Origin: Myxococcales bacterium
GTDB lineage: Bacteria; Myxococcota_A; UBA9042; JABWCM01; BTVJ01
DNA length: 64,000 nucleotides
Direction of reading: 5' to 3'
Assembly (NCBI GenBank): GCA_045863395.1
Contig: BTVJ01000007.1
Span: 32,001 to 96,000, forward strand
Shown: piece after piece, positions 43,621-51,566 of the stretch
How the letters are laid out: the number at the start of each line of letters is the position of its first letter
Numbering within the stretch: the first letter of the stretch is position 1
Program-made: the position numbers and the translations under genes
The notes under the pieces: generated by a model
The model's database searches: none
What the model was told of the DNA's origin: nothing
Seen by the model: the letters and a program-made list of their open reading frames with translations, nothing else

Positions 43621-43869
43621 ACCAGGCCCGGAGCCCCGTGCCGAGCCCCATGGCGACGGCGACCGCCCTGTGCCGCTTGAAGAAGAACCCGCTCTGGAAT
43701 GTGACGCGAACGAGCGGGGCCGTGGTCGGGCCCCGAGGCGCTCGTCATTGGAAAGACAGGGCCCTGCCTGCGGCCTCACCTGCCAGCGGGGAGCATGTCA
43801 TGCACCAGCGCCTGACGAGCGCATTTCACGGCGTCGATCACTCTACAAAGCCAGGCCCCGGCCTGAAGG

Positions 43870-46620
43870 TCACAGGCAGGTGAAGCAGAGCTGGTCGCAG
43901 TAGCGCCCCCACCCGCAGTCGGCGTTCGAGTTGCATGGGTAGCCCCAATGATCCACAACGCAACCCTCCGGTCTGCCTGCGCACAAGAGGCCCGTCTTGC
44001 AATCGGTGCTATAGGCGCATGGGGCACCCAGCGACCGCGGACGTCCACATGCGCCGATCTTGCCGCTGGAACTTCCGGTCGGTGGGGAGCCCAGGCAAGC
44101 GAGCTTCGGAGCACAGTCGAGCCCATCGTCGCACGCTTCTCCAGCAAGGCCGACTGGCGCACACTCGTGGCTCCCTACGCCGTTCGGTCTGCACCGCAAC
44201 CCCACCTCACAGTCCCCCTCTGAGTTACACCCGTCTCCCAGGGTACCAAGGAGTCCGCAGGTCGAGAGTCGGCAGATCAGACCTCCGACACAGTCATCGG
44301 CCACCGTGCAACTCTCGCCTGGCTTCCCGGGACTCCTGCACAGGTGGTCGCTTCCGCAGATCGCTCCAACCACGCAGGATCCATCGTCGTGACAGTTCAG
44401 GCCCACTGGAATACTCTGGGGTGCCGGGATGCACTGGCCGCACTCATAGGGAATGGGAGCGTCGCCATAGTCAGGACACTCTTTCGAGCAGAAGCCACAC
44501 GTCGTCTCCATACAGGTGTACCCCGTCACTTTGATCGTGTGCACCGAAAAACAGGTGCCGTCTGCGCCGCCGAGCACGTTTGCGCAGACCAGGCCCTGCG
44601 CACACCCCCCGTCGTCCTCGCAGGGGGAGTAGAGAGGGGCGTAGCAACGTCCGTGCTCCCCGAGTCCGCAGACCAGCACGGGGTCGCAATCCATGGACTC
44701 ATCGCAAGTCTCCCCTACTGTGCGGGTTGGGAGACATCTGCTCCCGGCGTCGTCGGAAACGCACACGAGGCCTGAGGCACACTCGGCGTTGGACAAGCAG
44801 GAGGCATCAGCATCGAGGGCTGGCTCACACTGGTGCCCATCGAGCCCGTTTGAGCATGCCAGGCCGGAAGCACACTCCACTGATCGACCACAGGGGTCTC
44901 CGATTCCCTTGGCGGCAGGCGAAGGCACACACTGTCCGCAGAAGACTGTCTCGTACTTGTCGTAGCTCGCGATATCGCATCCATCGCAGCAGGCACAACC
45001 GTCGCAGGCCGTATAGTGACAAATAGGGGTCTGGCAATATTCGACCTTCGTGTGGAGTTCGCAGGCGCCGTCGATCCCACCGTAGCTCCACGCGCACACG
45101 AGGCCGAGTAGACAGTCGTTGTCCGACGCGCACTTCGCCAAGAGTCCTGGTTGACAGGTCCAAGTTCCATACCAGTCCGTGCAAGTGCTTGGTGCGGCGC
45201 AGTCATCGGCAGTGAGACAAGGGGCGCCCACTGGAGCAGGCACGCCACAGGCATTGAGAGACACACCGAACGGCGTGGCGCAGGCTGTCCCTGGAGCGCA
45301 GTTTGAATCTGATACGCAGGGCGTTCCGGTCCCACCCGTTGGTGGGAGACACAGCCCCAGTTTTGACCATCCGCTGAGTGTCATCGAGCACACGAACGGC
45401 GTCGCACACTCGGAGTCGTGGCCGCACAGTGAACCGAACGAACCCGGCGGACGACAGGCTGGGTTCTGTTTTCCAGAGGAGTACCATCCATCACCGACGC
45501 ACACAGTTCCAGGCGGGCAATTCCAGTCGGCGAGACACCCGGGGTAGGCTGCCCCGGACGGCTGGCATTGGAGGGTCGGCGCCCAGGTCACGAGGGTACA
45601 CTCCAACCCTGGAGAGCATTCGGAGGGAGCATCACAGGGTGCCTCCGCCGTCCCGTTGGGGATGCACCGTCCGAGGGTGCTCTTGACCGGCATGGCGCAG
45701 TGGTGATCTGGAGCGCAGTTGTCGTCCAGTCGACACGGAAACCCGGGCCGACCAGGAGGAAGGCACGTCCCAGGGGATGCAGCCGTCGGACTGAACGACG
45801 TGTTGCAGACGAGCCCGGAAGGACACGGGCTCGAAGCCGAGCAAGGCTGCCCATAGGGCTCCGTCGGACTGCACTCGCCAATGTCCCCGTCGGCCGCCAG
45901 CGCTTCACAGCTCGCGTCGTCTGCGCAGTCCTCGTCGCGGGTGCACAGCCAGCCAAGACCTCCCTTTGGGCTGCACAGGCCCGGGTAGGTCTGGCCATAG
46001 GCCTCGTTGCACACCGTCCCATCGGGGCACTCCTCGTCCGATGAGCAGGGAGCCCACACGGAGGGCCCTGCGGGTGGAATGCTCCCGGCGTCGACTGCGC
46101 CGGCGTCGACGTCCTGGGTGACGTCGGGCCCTGGTGACATGGGGGTGCCAGACCTGGCGTCGTCGGCTCCCGCGTCGCTGCCACCACCAACCCCGTCGAT
46201 CACCTTCCCGTCCCCGTCGGGATTGAGCCACCCGTCAGGCGCCTCACTGGTCGAATCGGACACGACGGCCACGCCTCCGTCCTCTGAGGCGCTGTCGGTG
46301 GATCTCTCGGCGGCGCCGTCGGAGGCGCCGTCCGATCTTCCGTCGGAGGTGCCGTCGGAGATCCCGTTGGCGGCGCCATCGGTTGCCTCGTCGGCTGCGT
46401 CGTTGGCGGTACCGTCAACGGGACCTCTGGAGACGTCATTCGGATCGACGGTCCAGCCTCCCCCTGGGGCATCGCTCGGGCCGCCGCCCGTCTCGGGCGC
46501 CGCATCGGCAGTCTCTGGTGACCCCGCAGCCGGGTCTGCGGAGGGAGGTTGCGACGGACCTTCGCAGCATGTGAGCACCGCACCGGACACGACGACGCAG
46601 AGCAGGGACCGTGCGCTCAT
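43870..46620 (-). CDS. Large Cys-rich repeat secreted/lipoprotein
   Basis: Signal with VLTCC; D/G/S/A-rich linker; many CxxDxDCxxGxxC repeats; GGAGG RBS; more A/T at third codon positions than core genes. Confidence 0.75.
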   Translation of the reverse strand: MSARSLLCVVVSGAVLTCCEGPSQPPSADPAAGSPETADAAPETGGGPSDAPGGGWTVDPNDVSRGPVDGTANDAADEATDGAANGISDGTSDGRSDGASDGAAERSTDSASEDGGVAVVSDSTSEAPDGWLNPDGDGKVIDGVGGGSDAGADDARSGTPMSPGPDVTQDVDAGAVDAGSIPPAGPSVWAPCSSDEECPDGTVCNEAYGQTYPGLCSPKGGLGWLCTRDEDCADDASCEALAADGDIGECSPTEPYGQPCSASSPCPSGLVCNTSFSPTAASPGTCLPPGRPGFPCRLDDNCAPDHHCAMPVKSTLGRCIPNGTAEAPCDAPSECSPGLECTLVTWAPTLQCQPSGAAYPGCLADWNCPPGTVCVGDGWYSSGKQNPACRPPGSFGSLCGHDSECATPFVCSMTLSGWSKLGLCLPPTGGTGTPCVSDSNCAPGTACATPFGVSLNACGVPAPVGAPCLTADDCAAPSTCTDWYGTWTCQPGLLAKCASDNDCLLGLVCAWSYGGIDGACELHTKVEYCQTPICHYTACDGCACCDGCDIASYDKYETVFCGQCVPSPAAKGIGDPCGRSVECASGLACSNGLDGHQCEPALDADASCLSNAECASGLVCVSDDAGSRCLPTRTVGETCDESMDCDPVLVCGLGEHGRCYAPLYSPCEDDGGCAQGLVCANVLGGADGTCFSVHTIKVTGYTCMETTCGFCSKECPDYGDAPIPYECGQCIPAPQSIPVGLNCHDDGSCVVGAICGSDHLCRSPGKPGESCTVADDCVGGLICRLSTCGLLGTLGDGCNSEGDCEVGLRCRPNGVGSHECAPVGLAGEACDDGLDCAPKLACLGSPPTGSSSGKIGACGRPRSLGAPCAYSTDCKTGLLCAGRPEGCVVDHWGYPCNSNADCGWGRYCDQLCFTCL

Positions 46621-46756
46621 GGCATTGCCTCCAAAGCCTGTAGGTGTCGTCGCGCCTCGGGATCGATCAATGAATTACGCATGCGACCCTGCCGGCGTGA
46701 ACCACCCGCGCGCCCGTCAGTTGCGTGACCGCGGGCGTCGGGAACCCGCGGCTTCC

Positions 46757-46900
46757 ATGAAGTACTTCAATACCGCCGGGCCATGCATCGTGGGCATGCG
46801 GTACATGCTGCTGCCGCTCCCGCGCATCACCGAGGCGCCCGGCCTTGGGAAGAAGCGGACGGCCCCCACGCAGCCCGCTCGGGCGGGCACGCCCGCCTGA
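46757..46900 (+). pseudogene. N-terminal fragment of an AAA-type ATP-binding protein
   Basis: MKYFNTAGPCIVGMRYMLLPLPR resembles the FNTAGP...HYM N-terminus of a widespread AAA-like family; stops after 47 aa with no Walker A. Confidence 0.55.
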
Positions 46901-47216
46901 GCCAGGGTGTCTCCCGGACCGGCACCTCCGCGGCGGAGGTTCCCCGCCCATCGTCCTCGAACCCGTACATCCTCCATGCCGGTCACCCAAGGAGGGCTCT
47001 CGGGACCCCACAGGAGGGGCGGATCTCGCCTCCCGAGCGTCCTCACACCCTCACAGGAGCGACGGAGGTGCCCTCCCCACACGCAAGGACGGCCCGCGTC
47101 CGTGACGGGCGTGCCCCTCCGGCGATGCTTCGGGGAAGCTCGAGTCAGGCTCCCCACCAGGAACACCTCCACTGCGGTGCAGAGGAGAGCCCACCAGGTT
47201 TGGCGGGCTGTGTACG

Positions 47217-48542
47217 TCAGCGGGCCGCCCGCGCCAGAGTCGCGTTCGTCAGGCGGTGCATGAGGCACGTCCAGCCCGAGAACCCCAACGTGGGCGCAGG
47301 GTGGAGGGCGTGGTAGCGCAAGGAGGGGAAGCCGAGCTCCACGAAGCGGTCGGGCGGGGCGACGGCCGCCTGCAGGAAGTGGCCGTCGCCGATCAGCAGG
47401 TCCGCGTCTGCCACCCGCTCGTGCAGGCTCGTGAGCTCTGCCGCGCGCGGCTGCCACGCCACCTCGATGGGCTCCCCCAGCTCATCGGCGAGATCCCCCG
47501 CGTGGGAGGCAGCGGCCGGGCTCGCGAGCCCCACCACCTCCATGCCCACCTCGGCAGCTACCTGGAGCATGCCCCCGAGGGTCGCCGGGTCCCCGGAGTA
47601 GGCGATGCGCCGCCCCGCGAGCAGGTGGTCCACGATGCGGGCGAAGCGGGGCACGGCGAGGGCGAGCTCCCGCTCGACCAGGGCCTCCGCAGCGTCCAGG
47701 CGCCCCGTCGCCCGACCCACCGCCAGCAGCAGCCGCCGCGTGCGGGGGATTCCCAGGGGCACCGGCGCCTCCACCACCCGTGCGCCGGTGGTGGCGGCGA
47801 TGCGGCGCGCCGCTCGGAGGCCGTGGGGCAGCGAAATGAGCGTCCCGGCGTGCCGCACGGCCCCCAGGTCCTGCGACGTGCCGCCGTCGAGCCACACGGA
47901 GACCACGTCCAGGGACAGCGCCTCCAGCAGCCGCCGCAGCTCGGCCACGTTGGCGCGCTGGTCCTCCTCCAGGCGGTCCATGACGTGACCCACCACGGCG
48001 ACCCGCTCCGGCGCCGGCATGCCGCCGGACAGGTCGAGGGAGCCCGCCAGCGCGAGCAGGGTCTCCGCGTAGCCGTGGAGCCAGTCTCCCTGCAACGAGA
48101 GGCTCGGCACCTCGATGAGCTGCGCCCGGGTGTGCGGCTGGGCGTCCCGCAGGAGCTGGTCGTACTGCGTCCCGATGATCGACACGTGGGGCATGGCGCA
48201 GACCAGGATCAGCCCCGCCCGGCGGTGCTGGTCGATGCGCCGGAGGCGGTCGACCACGTCCTCGCCCCGGCTCTTGACCACCCGGTCCGCGTGGAGGAGG
48301 GTCGGGACGATGCGGTGCCGCCCGAGCACGTCGAGGAGCGTCGCCTGCCAGTCGTGCTTTCCCTGGAGCCACTGGGCCTTGCGGATCACGCAGTCAGGGC
48401 CGTCCACCATCAGCACGGCGTCGGAGATGGCGTTGACCGCCATGTAGACGCCGAGCTGATACGGGAAGCGGTACGGGACGCCGAAGGCCCCGGTCAGCGG
48501 CTGCGGAGGGGCCGCGCCGCGTCGAAGCGCAGGTGTGGTCAT
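47217..48542 (-). CDS. Nitrogenase component-1-like oxidoreductase subunit (NifK/NifN/BchB-fold paralog)
   Basis: GVYMAVNAISDAVLMVDGPDC, HVSIIG, GDWLHGYAETL, NVAELRRLLEALSL, PLGIPRTRRLL, ELGFPS..HAL..PTLGFSG; ATGA overlap with the upstream gene. Confidence 0.8.
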   Translation of the reverse strand: MTTPALRRGAAPPQPLTGAFGVPYRFPYQLGVYMAVNAISDAVLMVDGPDCVIRKAQWLQGKHDWQATLLDVLGRHRIVPTLLHADRVVKSRGEDVVDRLRRIDQHRRAGLILVCAMPHVSIIGTQYDQLLRDAQPHTRAQLIEVPSLSLQGDWLHGYAETLLALAGSLDLSGGMPAPERVAVVGHVMDRLEEDQRANVAELRRLLEALSLDVVSVWLDGGTSQDLGAVRHAGTLISLPHGLRAARRIAATTGARVVEAPVPLGIPRTRRLLLAVGRATGRLDAAEALVERELALAVPRFARIVDHLLAGRRIAYSGDPATLGGMLQVAAEVGMEVVGLASPAAASHAGDLADELGEPIEVAWQPRAAELTSLHERVADADLLIGDGHFLQAAVAPPDRFVELGFPSLRYHALHPAPTLGFSGWTCLMHRLTNATLARAAR

Positions 48543-50332
48543 GGCGCCTCCCCGAGGTGCGCGGAGTAGGTGCGGAAGAAGGACATGCGGCACAGCGCGA
48601 CGAGGCGCTCCGCCGTCTGCACGGCGCCGTCCAGCCCCAGCGCGACGTCGCGCGGCGAGAAGCGCGCCTTGCCCGCCCGCCCGGGCCGCGGGTCCATGGT
48701 GAGCTCCGTGTAGATGGCGTGGGCGCGGCTCTCCCGCAGGGCCGCGTCCAGCTCCTCGGCGGTGCGGAACGCGTCGATGCGAGCATCCACCGCGGCCAGG
48801 CGCTTCGCCACCTCGCCGACGGCAGCGCCCGTGCCGTCGGGGTCGTGCACCATGAGGTCGAGGCCGAACCCCATCTCTACGAGCAGCGCCAGGAGCGGCG
48901 CGCCGGTCATGCGGCACGAGCGCTCCAGCCGGGTCAGGCCGTGGCGGTCGAGCACGAAGCCGAGCCGGTAGCGGCCGGCGCGCTCTACTGCGTGCTCCCA
49001 CCGCCCTCGCAGCCGGTCCCACGCCATGCCCCACGCGCGGTCTGCCTCCGCCTCGCGGCCCGTCGCCAGGGCGATGGCCCGGAGCCACCGCTCCGTTCCC
49101 GCCACCCCAAAGGGCACGGGCGGCGCGATGGCCGGGCCGGGCCGGGCAGCGCGGAGCGCGTCGTAGGCAGCCACGTGGTGGTCCGTGCGAAAGTAGACCT
49201 GTACGCTCGCCTCGCCGAAGTGCTCCAGCATGGTCGGGTCCACGTCCGGGAGCAGCGCGGTGCGCACCTCGATGTCCGCGTCTCGCAGCAGGGCGAGCAG
49301 CGACGCCCGGCCGGGCAGCGAGGGGAGCCCCACCACGTCGGCGCTCCCCGGCTCCCTCGGGGGCGCCTCCGTCGGCGTGCGACCCGCCGCCCACGTCTGG
49401 ATCAGCCGGACCACGGGGTTGATGCTGTTGCCCAGGTACATGACGGGGGCCGCCACCCGCTTCTGGAGGCGCCCGATGGCCCCCTCCACGTCGTCGCCGA
49501 TGACCAGCGGGGTGCAGGAGGTGCCGACGGACACCAGGTGCGGCGCCTCGCCGTCCGCGATGGCGTCCATGAGCCGGTCGAGGCGCGCCGTGCCGCCCTT
49601 GATGACATCCATGTCCCCGAGGTCCGTGAACAGGGTGCGGGAGCCGGTGTCCACGGTGATGGACGCCCCCTCGGTCTGCGTGAGCGCGAAGAACGGCAAG
49701 CCTCCGTCGTCGTTGGGGATGCTGCCGAACAGGCACTCGATCTCCGTGTGGAGCACCTGGACGTGCTTGCCGAGCAGCCGGGCGGCCCCGCTCCGCTCCA
49801 GCTCGTTGTCCGCGAAGAAGCTCACCCAGGTCTCCTCCGCGCCATAGCCGTAGACCAGCGGGCTGAGCGCCCTGCCGGCGGCGCTCCTCGGCGCGCCCGC
49901 CGCGGCCTCCACCTCCAGGGGGCGGATGGAGCCGGGATCCTGGCGGATGACCCGCTCCAGCTCGTCGTAGCAGAGGGGGGTCAAGGCCCGGGCCACCCAG
50001 TCCAACAACGCCGCCTGGCGTGTGATGAGGTCCGCGCCCCGGTAGGTCAGCGCCAGGTGGGGCGTCTCTCTGTACACCGGGGCGCGACCGCGGAGGTGGA
50101 TCCAGAACGTCGTGTCGGGCTCAGGGCCCACGGTGACGCGGATGCCGTCCTGCGGGTCGAGAGTCAGGGAGCGTACCGTCGCTCCCGAGGCGGCCGGGAA
50201 GGCGAACACGCGGGCGAACGCTCGCAGGGAGCGCCTCCCGCCGACGATGACATGGTCCGTGGGGTCGGGGGCGAGGGGCGCCGGAGTCGCTCGTGGGCGC
50301 CGCCCCTCGAGCTCCGGGAAGAGGCGGCTCAT
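48539..50332 (-). CDS. Nitrogenase component-1-like oxidoreductase subunit (NifD/NifE/BchN-fold paralog) with N-terminal extension
   Basis: HTEIEC, FTDLGDMDVIKGG, TSCTPLVIGDDVEG, PFGVAGTERWLRAIA, LVEMGF; ATGA overlap with the nifH-like gene. Confidence 0.8.
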   Translation of the reverse strand: MSRLFPELEGRRPRATPAPLAPDPTDHVIVGGRRSLRAFARVFAFPAASGATVRSLTLDPQDGIRVTVGPEPDTTFWIHLRGRAPVYRETPHLALTYRGADLITRQAALLDWVARALTPLCYDELERVIRQDPGSIRPLEVEAAAGAPRSAAGRALSPLVYGYGAEETWVSFFADNELERSGAARLLGKHVQVLHTEIECLFGSIPNDDGGLPFFALTQTEGASITVDTGSRTLFTDLGDMDVIKGGTARLDRLMDAIADGEAPHLVSVGTSCTPLVIGDDVEGAIGRLQKRVAAPVMYLGNSINPVVRLIQTWAAGRTPTEAPPREPGSADVVGLPSLPGRASLLALLRDADIEVRTALLPDVDPTMLEHFGEASVQVYFRTDHHVAAYDALRAARPGPAIAPPVPFGVAGTERWLRAIALATGREAEADRAWGMAWDRLRGRWEHAVERAGRYRLGFVLDRHGLTRLERSCRMTGAPLLALLVEMGFGLDLMVHDPDGTGAAVGEVAKRLAAVDARIDAFRTAEELDAALRESRAHAIYTELTMDPRPGRAGKARFSPRDVALGLDGAVQTAERLVALCRMSFFRTYSAHLGEAP

Positions 50333-51354
50333 GCGAGCAGGTCTCCGACGCGCAGCTCGCGCGCCCGCGCCGGGAAGGCTGCCTGCAGGCGCTCCAGTGC
50401 CTCCCTTGCGGGAAGCAGGCCCTCCCGCACGGCGCGCAGCCCGGCCGCGAGCTCGTAGCGGTAGTCGTCGGAGGCCTCGACGACCTCGGGCGCCGGGACG
50501 CGGACGGGCTCAGCCGTGCGCCTCGCTTCGATGAGGGCAGGCTCGGCGAAGCGGTTGCGGGTGTACTCGTAGAAGCTCACCTCGTCGATGGGAGTGGGCG
50601 GCTGCAACGTGGCGGAGTCGATGGACAGCACGGTCGCGGCCAGCTCCCGGAAGGTGCGCGCGATGGGCGAGGCGGGCGCCATCTCGACCGCCGTGATGCG
50701 CCGGTACTCCGCCTCCCGGATCGTCGCGTCCCGCGGGATCCACCCGATGATGCGCGTCGACAGCAGCCGCGCGAACCGCTCCATGGGCGCCCGGTCCACG
50801 TCGTTGTCTCGCAGGTTGATGATGATGCCGGCGAGCACGATGCCATTGGACCCGTAGTTGACCACCGCGCGCGCGATGTTGTTGGCGGCGTAGAGGGACA
50901 TGACCTCCTCGGACGCCACGATGACCACCTTGTGCCCCACGTCCTTCTTGAGGGGGGCCGCGAAGCCGCCGCAGACCACGTCGCCCAGCACGTCGAAGAG
51001 CACCGTGTCGTAGCGCCCCTCGTCGAGGAGGTTCGCGATGCGGAACACTTCGAGCATGCGCGAGATGGCGCGCCCCCCACACCCGACGCCGGCCGCGGGC
51101 CCGCCCGCCTCCACGCAGTCCACCCCCAGCGGCGACCGCACCACCACGTCGTCGGCGGTCGCGTCCTCACGCAGCGGCTGGTCCGTGACCGCCTCGATCA
51201 TGCGGCCGCCGAGCAGCGCGACTGTGGAGTCATGCTTCGGGTCGCACCCGACGTGAAGCACCCGCTGCCCCTGCATGGCGAGCGTGGCGCTGAAGTTCGT
51301 CGCGGTGGTGGACTTGCCGATGCCCCCTTTTCCGAAGAAGACCAGACGCTCCAT
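50329..51354 (-). CDS. Nitrogenase iron protein-like ATPase (NifH/BchL/CfbC family)
   Basis: FGKGGIGKST, GCDPKHDST, EAGGPAAGVGCGGR, DVLGDVVCGGFAAP, MSLYAANNI; both [4Fe-4S] Cys present; AGGAG RBS; C-terminal extension. Confidence 0.93.
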   Translation of the reverse strand: MERLVFFGKGGIGKSTTATNFSATLAMQGQRVLHVGCDPKHDSTVALLGGRMIEAVTDQPLREDATADDVVVRSPLGVDCVEAGGPAAGVGCGGRAISRMLEVFRIANLLDEGRYDTVLFDVLGDVVCGGFAAPLKKDVGHKVVIVASEEVMSLYAANNIARAVVNYGSNGIVLAGIIINLRDNDVDRAPMERFARLLSTRIIGWIPRDATIREAEYRRITAVEMAPASPIARTFRELAATVLSIDSATLQPPTPIDEVSFYEYTRNRFAEPALIEARRTAEPVRVPAPEVVEASDDYRYELAAGLRAVREGLLPAREALERLQAAFPARARELRVGDLLA

Positions 51355-51566
51355 GTGTGCTCCTGGGTGGTGCTGGCACCGTAGCGGAGGATGTGAAGGG
51401 TGTCCAGGGGCGGGGCAGCGTGCGTGCATCTCACTGCGTTGGTGTGCGCTTCGCCGGGACGGTGGACACGCAGCGTAACCCCGTCCGGCGGTTCTCTGGG
51501 CGCTTGCGCCTTCGGTGGAGTACGCTCGCGTGGGGATCCCTCACGGGATGCCCGGAGGGATGGGTG

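Noticed and set aside
46921..47082. Small IS/MITE bounded by GGCACCTCCG...CGGAGGTGCC
   Set aside because: Only a 10-bp GC-rich inverted match, with no target duplication or second copy seen; could be chance.
47217..51354. Functional nitrogen fixation (nifHDK)
   Set aside because: P-cluster and FeMo-co ligands are not recognisable and no nifB/E/N is in the window; gene symbols withheld.
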